Assembly (NCBI GenBank): GCA_010093995.1
Contig: ML992502.1
Location: 124,001-188,000, forward strand
Source of the DNA: Elsinoe ampelina
Lineage: Eukaryota
DNA length: 64,000 nt
Direction: 5' to 3'
Shown here: in pieces, positions 13,287 through 25,335 of the stretch
Layout of the letters: the number at the start of each line of letters is the position of its first letter
Numbering within the stretch: position 1 is the first letter of the stretch
Position numbers and translations under genes: made by a program
Notes under the pieces: model-generated
Seen by the model: only the letters and a program-made list of their open reading frames with translations
Databases searched by the model: none
What the model was told of the DNA's origin: nothing

Positions 13287-14600
13287 ATGTCTAAGAATTA
13301 GCCTAATAGTGCTAGCTAGGCCATAAGCGAAATTCCGCTCCACGAGAGATCTTCTATAGATATTTAAGCATAGCTCAATTAGAACATTAAGCTTAAGGCA
13401 TTCTTCCTTAAATTCTTTAACTAGGACGACGATATATATACTACCGCACACATAAGGGTATAGGAACTATATAAGGATACCTATACGTCTTTCGAATTAA
13501 ATTATAAGGAACCTTAGACTAGTAACGCTAATATAGCTACAATTATAATTAACATTAAGAACAACCTATAGGACTCTTAGTAAGGCTATATAGAGATCTT
13601 CTTCGGGAGACTAAACTATTAAGATTAAGACTAGTTTAAGAAGAACATCGGCATTATAAATAATATATCTAGCTATAATGTTATTAAGGATTTCGTTCTT
13701 AGCATTAAGGCGTAAGAGCTTAGAAACGAGAAGAACTAGACTAAAGTAGACAAGAGAGCACATCCTAAGAAGTAGATTAGAAAGTGCTACTCCGCTACCT
13801 AGTCTAATAGCGGACTCTCCGAAAGATTAGAGACTTCTATACTTAGTAGCGGACTCGCGGGTATAGGTCTTAATAGCTGCACTAGTTAGCCTATACGTTA
13901 GTAGTAAATGCTAGAAGACATATCCTGTCTAGTCTAGAGTATTATTAACAAAACTATTATCGAGTTTATAAGTGTTAAGCATTTAGACGTTAGTCCGGGC
14001 GTAATTATAAAAAGAGAATGTTTGTGTTGTCTATAGGCGTTAAGTCTATAGTACTATCGACGAGATAAGGACACTTACGATCTAAATGTATATAGCCTTA
14101 ACAAAATTAGGCTATTTCTAAAGGAGAAGAAATTAATTAGCAATAATATTATACTTGTATAGATAGACTATGTAGAGCTATATAAGATCCTCCCTATCAC
14201 TAACAATTATAACCTACGTGCCGCTATTATTAACTATGTTAACTCCCTAATAGAAGGTTCTAACCTAATCTTCTTCTATCTTACGCCTAGCACAAATCTC
14301 GTTAAGAAACTTCCTACTAAAGTACTTTATAAGTTTAATACTTAGTTTAACTCGGGTGTTTACTAACATACTTAGTCGACTCTCTCTAGTATTGTAATAG
14401 TTAGAAGCTATTAGCCCTAGTCAAGGGTAAAGAAGAAGATAATCCTCTAGCTCCTCTATCTCCGACTAAGATTATACTACCGCGTAACTCTACCTCTAAA
14501 AAGCGAATTACCTCTCTACTACTAGCTAACGATAATTCTACTATCGAGTAGCGCCCTACTCGAGTAACAGAAGACAAATACCACAAGCAATGCCGAGACA
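13287..14600 (+). pseudogene. RIP-degraded unknown ORF X, copy 2 (divergent paralogue of 6003-7250)
   Basis: MSKN*PNSAS*AISEIPLHERSS...LV*IDYVELYKILPITNNYNLRAAIINYVNSLIEGSNLIFFYLTPSTNLVKKLP. It lies the same distance (~0.8 kb) downstream of R1 as copy 1. Confidence 0.6.
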
Positions 14601-14899
14601 TAGATAAATATCCCTTTATAGTTATACTAAGCGAAGAGTTAGCTAGATACTATATTCCGCTAGTCCCTAAGGAGCTATCTATACCTATACTAGCACTAGC
14701 AAAATGCACGTTTAATAAGACCCTTAGCAGCTTAGACTTTATTAAACTTTACACTATTAATAACAATAACGACGAGTAAACTAGTAATAATCTAGCCTAC
14801 TAGAGCTTTATCCCCGTAGGTACTAGAATCGATTACTAGTCCGAAGAGTTCTAGGAAAGAGGCTACAACTTTATAGGCTTTAAGAAAGACATTTACTTA

Positions 14900-17270
14900 C
14901 TAAACGCTAGTATATTTTATTAGCATTAGAACAAGAAGTATCTAGTTAAGGTAGCATAGATATACTTAGCACTTGTTATAATTAAGAAGTACCTCGAAGG
15001 CTACCTAGCATTTATGTTTATATATAAGATAGAATTCAGGAAGACTCTAATAGGCCTCTTTATGCTCTATCTCCTTTTACTCTTAAATAAAGAGGTGCTA
15101 AAGAATCGTAGATACGCTACTATATCTAAGGAGTAATAGAGCAAGTACCGGAAGGCAATAACACTTATCGACGACCTATAGCTAACCGTTGGTTCTGCCG
15201 ATACTATTAGCTACAATCTGATTCTTAGAGAATTAAACGTAATAAAACAGTAGGCGCGAGAGACACGTAAGTTTATACCTAAGGCAAAGATCGTCCTATG
15301 CTAGGGAAATTTAAACAAAGAAGTATAAAAGACAGAGTATAGCAACGTATATAATATAGACTCTTTAGTTCGCAAAGAGGATCTGCCTAAAGGCTGCCGT
15401 AAATAGGAGACTTAGCTAAAGGATCGAAAGACTAGTAAGCTTGTTAATACTATTAGAGTTATAGACCTCGTCGACATACGTAATAAGCACCCTAAGAAAG
15501 TATAGATAAATAATTAGTTCTTCTTTACTACTTGCAATACTATAATTAACTACTTCCTCGGCAAAGACGATATAGATACTAATAACTAGGACTTTGTTCC
15601 TAGGGGAGCTAAGAGGAAGAAGGGGGCTATCTCTATCTATTAGGCCGCTATTATCTTCGATGAGTTCTACTAGGTCACTAGCTAGAAGACGCAGACCTAG
15701 TCCTGTCTAGGAATGCTACTAGAGAGGCCTTTTATACTAGGTATAAGTAGGACGCTATTTATTAAGTGCTTAAACGTAGTAGCGTTCTTAATAGCTGCTA
15801 TATATAAGGACTTTAGGTTAGAGAAGCTCAAAAATAGAAAAGGAATAGAACAATATATTAACACCTATATCTATAAATCTAGTTAGGAGCTAACTAAGTC
15901 TAAAGATAACCTAGTTCGAGCAAGGCTAAAGAAAGAACTAGATGCTACTCGATAAGCTATTACTAACAAGCTTAACTTCTAAGAGGTATTAGACTATACC
16001 TACGTAATTAACAAATAGTATAAGGCGAATAACGACTCTAGTAAGTTTAATAAAAAGGGGAGTACGGAGTTTATAGTAGAGATCTCTATAACAGTTACTA
16101 AATAGGGCTATATCCTTACTGAAATTCTTATTAAGATAAATGTAGACTATGTCTAGAGACTATTCGATGCTGCCCCCGGTCTACTAGTAGTTAGAGTCCT
16201 ACTACATTCGACATTCGACCTAGAGATTACTATCGAGGATAAGTATCTTTATAGTCTTATAGCTATATAGAAGAAGATCGAAAAGAATATAGATAAGAGT
16301 ATATAGGAGACAATCGAGAAGTAAAAGGATAAACCTAATAAGTCCGAAGTTACATTAGAGACAATTCTTAATAAGAAGACTAAGGAGCAAATACTAAGCC
16401 TAGTTACGCCGCTACTGCTTTTCTCTATGTTCCTCGCTCTTATAGATATCTTCTAGGACAGCCCTACGGTTAAAGAGGAGTTTAGCAACTACACTGTTAA
16501 GTACGCCTATAATATTATACATAACTCCTCGGCAATAGTGTTATAGTAGCATATAGACAAGATTTACGCTAGTCCTTAGATGTAAGTCCTTTATAGTGTT
16601 ATTTCCGAGATTATTAAGTAGAATATCTCCTACTCGAAGCAGTTAAAGAGGTAAGTAATTGTCTATACGTTTACACCTTTAGTGCTAGCAGTCGCTACAA
16701 CGGTTAGTTTAGACTATTTAGTCTAATTAGGTCATTACTAATAAGGGCATAGTATCTAAAATAGCTTAAGTAGTACCTAGACGGCAAAGCAATTAGGATC
16801 GATAAGGATTCTAATGTGGTTGTTATCTACTATAGAATAACACCTATACCTTCCCGTATAGACATCGTCGACGTAGCTATATCTAATAACATGTTTATTA
16901 AGCCCCCGAGGCTAGAAGGTTTAAGGATCCTAATTGCTTAGGGTAGGGCGATTAAGACTAGTCTAAACCTTAACCGCTTCGACACTATAATCTTGCTTAA
17001 TATAGCGTCGGTGCTATAATTAGTTCTCTAGTGTCTCGCCTAGGTCTATAGGAATATTAAGTCTTAGAAGGCTAACTATATAGAGGCGTTTATAATAAAG
17101 CCGACAGCCCTATTCTATAGGCCTTAGAAGTAGCTTAATAATAGACAGGGTAGGCCGTCGATAGTATAGAAAGTTATCTACGAAGAAATAGAGAAGTAGA
17201 GAGCTAAGATATAGGTACGCGTACGAGCTATAGCGAAGAAGGATACGGTTAATCTAGAGAAATAATTAAT
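14900..17270 (+). pseudogene. RIP-degraded SNF2/SF2 helicase-ATPase
   Basis: Motifs occur in the expected order. ~15020 YKIEFRKT de-RIPs to HEMGFGKT (motif I). ~15650 AIIFDEFY de-RIPs to DEFH (II). ~15740 GISRTLF de-RIPs to GISGTPF (III). ~16960 SLNL de-RIPs to GLNL (V). ~17029 *CLA*VYR de-RIPs to QCLARVHR (VI). Confidence 0.8.
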
Positions 17271-17620
17271 ATTGCTAGATAAATAGCCTAACTATATCAC
17301 TTAAGAATATGATTCCTTAGTTTAGTAGACCGATTTAGGTGCTAGTACATGTTAAACTATCTTTTAGGTGAACTAACATAATATAGCGCCTAAACGTCTT
17401 ACTTCCTACTGTCGTTACAAATCTAAAGCGCTAATTCTAACTATAAATACAAATATTAAGCGATAAGAACTAATATGCTAAAGCATATCACTAAATGCTC
17501 GGCCTATAGAAAGATTATATAATCTAGTAGAGGCCTTGTCTAACATCTACTATATTGCTAGAGAAGAGAGCTACTAATAAGTAACAAGGTATAAGTCTTA
17601 CTAGATTAATGTACTAATAG

Positions 17621-20600
17621 ATATCTCCGCGAAGACGACGCTAGTAATAACTCTCTCTTCTCTAATAGGGGAGAGCGCTTACTGTCTAATAAAGACTAAC
17701 GAGGTAGCATTAGTAGCAATAGTTAGTATAATCCGCCAACGCTAAATAACCTAGTAGTCTACTTAACTCCGCCGCTAACTACAAGGACTAAGAACCGAAC
17801 TAAACAACAAGGTAGAGACAATAGTCTATAGTTAGCATAGAGTGTTCTCCCCCCTTTGCCTACTATATAGCATACCACAGCGGACAATCCCCTTAGTCTC
17901 TTTACCGACCTTAACTATTATTCCCTAGCACGTGGAGTAGATAGCGATAGTAGCGGTAGACTCGGCTATATTACGCACAAGGAAGAGGAGGGCACGGAAG
18001 AGGTTATAAGAGAAGGCATATACAAGGAAGAGTAAGTAATTATAGCAAGTACAACTAGCGGTACATCTATAGGGCGGAGTACTAGAAGATTATCCTCGTC
18101 TAGTAGAGCTATATCCGATCGTATTACGTTCGAGACAGTTACTAGTATACTAGCTAGTAGCGAAGAGTTAGTAATAGATATAGTTTATACTTAGTCTACA
18201 TTAACTAACGTTGTCTAGATCTTCTTAAGTGTATAACATGTACACTAACATATATAATAAACTAAATCATAATTAGTTAGGCGATACTTAACTAAAGGAA
18301 GCCTTTATTAATAGTATAGACGCTAGTCTTGCCTAGTGGCTTATTAAGGAAAAACTTAGTAAAGCCGTAATTACGTAATTACTTAAAGACCTACGTATAT
18401 AACCTCTAGTAGAGAGCCTTAGTTAGCAAACTACGAATAAACTAGTAGAGAAGATAGAAAATTTAGATACGGCCGGAGGCATTAATAGCTAGCAGACCTC
18501 GAGCTTTATACTAAACACTAATCGTGGGCCTAAAAGATATACGTTCTAGTATCTAGATATCCTCCTAGCGATACGCTTCTTGCTTAGTCATTGTAGCTTT
18601 ATAGTAGACATAGACTATAGCCCGTATAGAGTCTTTATAGAAGCTGTCGAGGGTAAGCCGCTACGACAAGTGTACACTAAAATAGTAAGTAGCGACTAGT
18701 AGTAGGACATATAAGAGCGACTTAGGATAGCTAGAGCTACTATTATCCTATTAATCGTCGCGAGTAATTAGACCTAGGTAATAAACCATTAAGGGGATCT
18801 TATAGCACATGCTATCTATCTATTATTAGGCAACCTAAAGGCAGAAGCACGTAATAGCAACAACTAGCCGGGGTAGTTACTAATCGGCTTACTTTCTATT
18901 ATTAAAGACAGTAGGAATGTCGTTAAGGAGAAGACCTACTACGCTTATATAAAGAAAATCTTTAACCCTATTATCGATTACTACTCGAGAGGGGGTAAAA
19001 CAATCTCCTATACGGATAGAAAGAGGTAGAGGTGCTTCCCTATACTTGCCGCTATACCTACGAATTACGCTAAACAGGTTACTATAACAGGTATAAAGTT
19101 ACTATATTATTATATAAGCTACCTTATTAGCAAAGATAAGAGAGAGAACCTAGTAGTTACTATACTATTCCGAACTTACTACTCTACGTAGCGATAATAG
19201 CACTTATAGAGAGAGGCACGCGAGAGTTAGTAGTAGAGCAAAAAGCTAGATATAAGCTCTTAGGTTTATAAGGTTAGTTACTTCGCGTAGGATCTTCCGT
19301 ATACTAATATTTACTACGTAATAGTACTAGATATTCTATACTAACTTCTTAAAGGCGTTTTAATACACGTCCTATGCTAGATTTAAAAATTGCTCTAGGA
19401 TTTAATACCTATATACAAATTACTACGGTATATAAAGGCTAGAGAGACTATGTAGCAAATAAGCTACTAGCGCTTAGCAAAGGAGATTATACTTAATATT
19501 ATTAACAAGCGCTTCGATAGCATACTAGTGTTTCCTAGCATCTAACACTTCTCGTACTACTTGGCTATTAAGCAATAGACAGGTTAAGAGTAGAAGAGTA
19601 TTATACGCTAGATACTTCTAGTATTTGTACTATTACTCGAGGAGGTTAAGGCGCCTTAAGCTATTAAATTTATACGCGCACTAGTCGACTTTATATTGCT
19701 AGCGAACTATAAGACCTACAACGACGATATACTCCGGTATATTAACCTTGCGCTCTTTAGAATAAACAAGTACAAAGAGACCTTCCGGGCCTACTATAGC
19801 AACAGGAAAGAAGAAAGTAACTTTAACTTTCCGAAATAGTACTTAATAATACATTTTTTAAAGGCTATCTATGATTTTAGAGTAGTTACTAGCCTCGATT
19901 CTAATTATTTAGAGCATAACTATGTCTACTTTATTAAGGACGCCTTTAAACTTACAAACAAGAAGGCTAGATAGGAAGACTAGGTTACTACTTATAACAC
20001 TAAACTAGTAAATATATTAGCGGCATTCGACAACCCCTCGAAGTTAGTTAGGCTATCGGCTACTAAACTAATTAAGATCTAGAGTACGTCGGTTAGCGTA
20101 AGCGATACAGTTAATGTCACTTCTTAGTTCGGCTAGCCTAGTACTAAGGGGGGGGCTATATAGCGTATAGTTAGAGAACTAGAGGCGCTTATTAATATAC
20201 TACCTAGGCTATTATTATAGTAAGTGATAGCAGTGTTTGTCCGCGAGGCTTGTTAAGGTATAGCCGACATAGGCTCTAGCTCGATAACTAAATACCCTAA
20301 TTAGTTCAACGCCGAACTAGATCCTAATAGACTCGAACTAGATTCTTCCTAGGTTAGCGACCTCTACGTTAAGTTCTACTATTCTTTAAAGTGTAGAAAG
20401 CTATCCGACTATAATTCTAATAATCCTAATGTAGACGAACTAAACTTTATCCGGTATATAACTAAATAGCAAGAGATACGTAGTAATAAGAGGCAAGACT
20501 AGCTCTAGGTGCAAGAATAGACAACGAATAATAAAGGCACTATCGGAGCATTACCCGATAGCCTCTAAGGTAAGTTACTAGCTCGAATTATATTTATAAT

Positions 20601-21012
20601 AACTATAGAGGATAGCTTCTAGTCTAGTAGATCGGGTCGACGTTAATGCCTATACTACATAGGAGCGCTAGTAGATCTATACTAGCCTACTCGGCCGGAT
20701 AGAGCAGCTAATCGAGAGCATAGTATAACACTAATTAAGCCTTAGACGAATCGATGCGATAGAGCTAGACGAAACGTACTTACCGGTAGGCGTATCTACT
20801 CTACTTCGTAAATCTACTATAGTATCTACATCGTACCGGTAGATAAGACAAGGCCGAATAGCTAGATATATATTAATAACACAGCCGACTTTAATATATA
20901 TAACATACTATAGAATAAGTCGTAGGAGTCTAAGTAGCTCTACCTAGCTAAGGCTTCTAAACGAGAGAGGCTAAGATCCCTAGGCGTAGTTAGTAAGCGT
21001 AAGAGGCATTAA
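17621..21012 (+). pseudogene. Plavaka-family transposase, RIP-inactivated
   Basis: VYTKIVSSD***DI*ERL de-RIPs to VYTEM.SGDWWWDMQ. Also ATIILLIVASN*T*V, AIYLLLGNL, LDILY*LLKGV (PDILHQLLKG), KQ*TG*E*K, RALVDFILLANY, NFNFPK*Y, FIKDAFKLTNK and C-terminal YINNTADFNIYNIL. These are motifs I recall from Plavaka transposases. Start approximate. Confidence 0.88.
17727..18237 (+). repeat. Direct repeat R2, copy b (low-complexity 5' part of the Plavaka ORF region)
   Basis: Colinear with 10381-10885. Confidence 0.9.
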
Positions 21013-21369
21013 CGAAGCTTAAGCACTCCTTCCGTAGCTAGAATAGTTGTCTCTTACGTCGACCGCCTTGCCTTAGGTACGCTTAGGTCAACTACTAAAC
21101 TATATTAGGTAAAAAGGATAAGATAATATCCGTAGGTATTACCCTAGCTAGTTAGTTTACACCTATACGTTATTAGGTTAGTCGCTAAACTATATATAGT
21201 AGGCGGCATAAGACGCCTTACAACAATCTCCTATTAAAGGGCTAGTTTGCCTCTATACTAATTACAATAGCTTAGGAAATTATAGCAAGGCGTTATAGAT
21301 GTCTCTTAGCTTTTAAGAAGTTTAGGTATCCTATACATATTTTGCAACGGCAGTAAAAAGTGTAGGTAA

Positions 21370-23000
21370 ATAAGTAGTTATTAGGTTAGTTTCGTAGATA
21401 GACTTAGGTCGGCGATCTAAGAGGTTTGCTTCTTCTCTATTATAAGTCCCCCGATAAGACTAGCTTATAAGACCCTCTCTAAAAGATGCTTATTAATTTT
21501 AATATCTATTCTAGCTACGGGAAGCTTATCGAAGAAGGACTTGCCCCTATAGAGAGTAACAACGCTAGAGAGTTTCTACTTAATGCCTTCTAGGGAGTAG
21601 GGGACAACATAGTATATAACTATAACTATAAGTAGCTACGTAATATAGGTATAGAGCTACTTAAGCCTAGGAGAAGAGAAAACTTAGGTGTCATCTTCGT
21701 TAGTATAGTAAGTAGCCTCTTCCTTATTCTCTAAAGCCTCCTCTATATCTACGTAGATCGTAAGTATTTACTTATAAGATCTTTAATGTATAATATATGT
21801 AATAGATCCTATCTATAAAATTATAAACTAGATTATCCTTATACGTACTATTACTAGCTCTACTACTACTACTACTTAGTAGTAGTTATAGTAGAGTAGC
21901 GGGATGTAGTGAAAGAAAGTGTCGTTATACTTGCCTCTACGTAGGGAATATCCCTCTCCTCTCCTTTGCCCTTATCCGCGCCCTCTGCTATAGGGAGGTA
22001 TACCGTAGCTAAAGCTACTACTACTACGTCCTCCGCGGAAGCTACTACCGCTACCTTATCTACTATAGGCACGACCTTATAGCAGGTCACGCCGGAGAGA
22101 TTAGTGCGCTTTAAGGTGGCCTCGTCTTTAACATATAGCACTACATTTAAGAGTAGTAAGCTTAACCTAGGTACTACTTCCTTTACTTCTCCGATTGCTA
22201 GAACTAGCACCGGACAGGCCGGCAAGGCAGGGGCTAACGCTAGTATCAAGCTAGGAGGAGGTTAAGGAGGGGGAAGAGAAGGAGCTTATAGTTATTAGTA
22301 GTTACCTCCTTACCGGCTATATTATATAGCGAGGTAATCGAGGGGGCAGTATAAGGATAAGGCAGCTCCCCTTAATAGAGAGTAGATGTCCCTAGTACTA
22401 CCTTCTAGGCTACTCTAAGAGTATACTAAGATCTGTTAGGCCTTGCTTCTTAAGCTACTCTTTAGCGGCCCTAAAGTGCGTCTTTTAGTAGGTGTACTAG
22501 TCGGTGTTAGTCGACCTAAAAGAAGTCGGCTTAACCTGAACTAGATATCTACTATATCTCTTATACCTGTCCGTGTTAGTGTTAATCTTCTTAGAGTAGG
22601 CCTTAACCTTGCTACTACGGCCGCCGTTAACGTAGTACATCTAGCTTCTGTCGTTGTTCTCCTCCTACGTAACTGCTATAGACTAATAGCTGCTAGAACA
22701 GACCTAAAGGTATACGTACTCTATCTTATACCTAGCCTTAGCTATTATAACAAACTTCTTTTCTAGGAACGCTACTTTACATTTACAACTCTAGCTTAGG
22801 AATACTACTCTATAAGAGTCCTCTATACTAGTAACAATACGGGTTGCTAGGTAGCAGAACTTATAGGCGACAGCTATATAGAGCTACTTCTCGTTGTAAA
22901 TAAGCTTAGTCCCTAGCTAGATAGTCGCACGAAACTACTTATAGCTAATAACACCGAGCCTCTTAGTAGTAGAGCAGAGATAGTAGAGTATAATAAAACA
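21370..23000 (-). pseudogene. RIP-degraded unknown gene convergent with the transposase
   Basis: Includes surviving ORF 21872-22249 and an upstream protein-like frame (LYIAVAYKFCYLATRIVTSIEDSYRVVF...). No family recognised. Confidence 0.4.
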
Positions 23001-23112
23001 AGGTTATTTTAGTTTAGTCTATTACTTATGTCGGAAGGTAGAGAACTAAGCAGGAAATGTCTACTTTTATACCCTTGTAAAAGTGCTTCTACGCTTAATC
23101 TCGCTAACGCCT

Positions 23113-23191
23113 TTAACTAAATTTAGGTAGGTTTAGTGCGTTAAACTAAATTTAAGTAGGTAGGGGTGCGTTGAACTAAATTCAGGTAGGT
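23113..23191. repeat. Three ~30-bp tandem repeats (consensus gtgcgtt[a/g]aactaaatt[t/c]aggtaggt), candidate subterminal repeats
   Basis: Three copies are directly visible between 23113 and 23191. Confidence 0.7.
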
Positions 23192-24548
23192 AAGATACGT
23201 TTATAGCGACCTAACGTAGTTAAACTTAGTCTAACGCGGGGAAACCTAATATTCTAACTCTCTACGCTTAGGGATTTCGTAACGTAGTTAAGGGCCTTAA
23301 GCTTAGTAACTATATTAAAGGCGTTAATATATATATTATATAGGATAGATAGAAGTAGCTTATATACGTACTTACTATAGGCGTAGTATTTACACTTATA
23401 ATAGAAAAAGATACTAAAGTTGCCTCTAGTATAGATATAACCTACTACGAATTAGTTATATCTCTTATAAGAGCTCTATTAGCTTACCCTTAGTAATACT
23501 ATTAGTATACCTAGTATAGGTGTTAGCCTTCTCTTTAGGAAGTAAGAGAGTTATAGAGTTAGCGCTAGTAGTAATAGCTCCCTAGGCGCTAGTAGACCTT
23601 ACGCTATAAGTATTAGCTATAGAGAGGCTAGAGTTAAATAATATAATAGTTATAGGTAGTATACTTATATAGTAAGAGGTTAAGAAAATATAAATATATT
23701 TTAGATAGAAAAGAAAAATATAAGAGAGAATAATAAGATTATATAGACTAACCTCTAGTATACTATATCTTTATTATAGCTACTAGTATAAGGTATATAT
23801 CTCTTATAATACTACTAGAAATTCTAAGAAAAGTAATATTATTACTACTAATTAGCTTTAGCGCTATAGTAACTAGACAAATACTCCCCTAGGAACTAGA
23901 TTCCTAGGACTACTACTACTAGATATTATATAAGACATATATAAGGCCTTTATAAAAATACCTTAACTATCTTATACCTATATTACTTCTAAATAATACT
24001 ATACATTATACACTTCTAGTCGAGAGCTAAGGATAGCTCTCCTAGAGGAGGAGGCAATTATAAGAGCTTAGTATTAGAGCGACACTTAGTAGCGGCTAGT
24101 CCCGCTTATATAATATACTTAAATATCCTACGTAGCGCTTATACCTAGAGCTTAATAGTAATTAGTTCTACTACTAACAGACTATTCGGTTAGATAGGCG
24201 TTCTCTATATTACGATATATATAGCTTTAATATAAGGCATTAACACTAAACTTAGTAATTAGTTTAAGTATAGTTAGTAGAGTTAGTAAATTTAGATTAA
24301 TAAGGTACTTATTAGTAAATACTAGTTTAGTCTTTAAGATAGAGAGTAAGAAGTCTCTCTATAGCCTTAAGCCTTAAGCTTCTAGTTAGAGCCTTTATAT
24401 GCCCTCTATAGAGAGTATATAAAGGCTTAACACGTAGCTACCCGGGCTAGTCCGCCTATCGACGCGAGACAGCTAGCGTCCGGTCGAGATCTAAGGTGCA
24501 CGATAGGTCTATAAGTGACTACCCCGGCGGCTATATAGTTCCCTTAAA

Positions 24549-24912
24549 GAGTATAGTAATTACAACGTGACTTTTCGTGAAATTTTCGTGTTTTTTGATG
24601 TTTTTACGTGTATTAGTAAGCTTCTTTTATAATCTAAAGTATTTTTTCTATACTATAAAAAAATCTACATTTTTTGGTACTACTTTCGCTTACGTAATCC
24701 TAGATCCTGATTTTTAGAAGAAGAAAGAAATTTGAAATCACTACTAAAAATCAGGATCTAAGATTACATAAGCAAAAATAGTACTAAAAAATGCAGAATT
24801 TTTGATAGTATAGACAAAATATCTTTATTAGTAAAATACGCTTACTAATGCACGTTAAAATATCAAAAAACACGAGAATTTCACGAAAAGTCACGTGGTA
24901 ATTACTATACTC
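24549..24912. mobile_element. Foldback/MITE-like element with ~169-bp inverted arms and a ~26-nt spacer
   Basis: The left end gagtatagtaattacaacgtgacttttcgtgaaatt pairs with the right end aatttcacgaaaagtcacgtggtaattactatactc. TAAA flanks both sides (24545-24548, 24913-24916). No coding capacity. Confidence 0.85.
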
Positions 24913-25335
24913 TAAAGAGTATAGTAATTACCCACTCAACCACCCTATACTAAAAGATAGCTAAATTAAAAGAACTCCTTAATAGTAGTAGATTAAGACA
25001 ATAATTATCTAATTTGATTATAGATTAGTAAAATAGTGAGATAGTGTTTAGTTTAATCTTGGGATGAACTGAATCAGGGTCTTCTTGGCGCTCCAGCTTA
25101 TGCCTCGGTTGACAGGTGGGGTCGCTCACGTGACCTGCCACCAAAATACCGGCGCACGACAGGCAGGGCTGCTTGCAGTCTTCTTGAAACATCATCGGAT
25201 GACGTAGGTATCTTTTGATTTACTTCACTGCCTCTACTGATGCTACCATACAGTCGCTGCGGTGTCATCACCCAGAGTGAGGCATCTCACAACCAGTCGG
25301 CCTCGCGACTCTCCGGAGCTTCAGACTATCCTTCA

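Larger units (their letters stand above)
1..25060. mobile_element. AT-rich RIP-degraded repeat/transposon block
   Basis: Strong TpA excess with CpA/TpG depletion. No long intact ORFs. Relic frames have TAG/TAA where Trp/Gln are expected, and paired repeats differ mostly by C>T/G>A transitions. Composition changes abruptly at ~25,060. Confidence 0.95.

Noticed and set aside
1754..14601. Short ORF-track calls inside the AT-rich block (1754, 2555, 11103, 13248, 14401)
   Set aside because: Chance open frames in RIPed DNA, rich in L/I/Y/S, some antisense to the relic frames. Not credible genes.
23300..24540. Separate heavily RIPed fragment
   Set aside because: No recognisable motif in any frame; left unassigned within the RIP block.
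1..25060. Alternative genetic code (TAG/TAA read-through) or organellar origin for the stop-riddled frames
   Set aside because: Stops replace both Trp and Gln, G>A/C>T changes also hit other codons, and repeat copies differ by transitions. RIP explains this.
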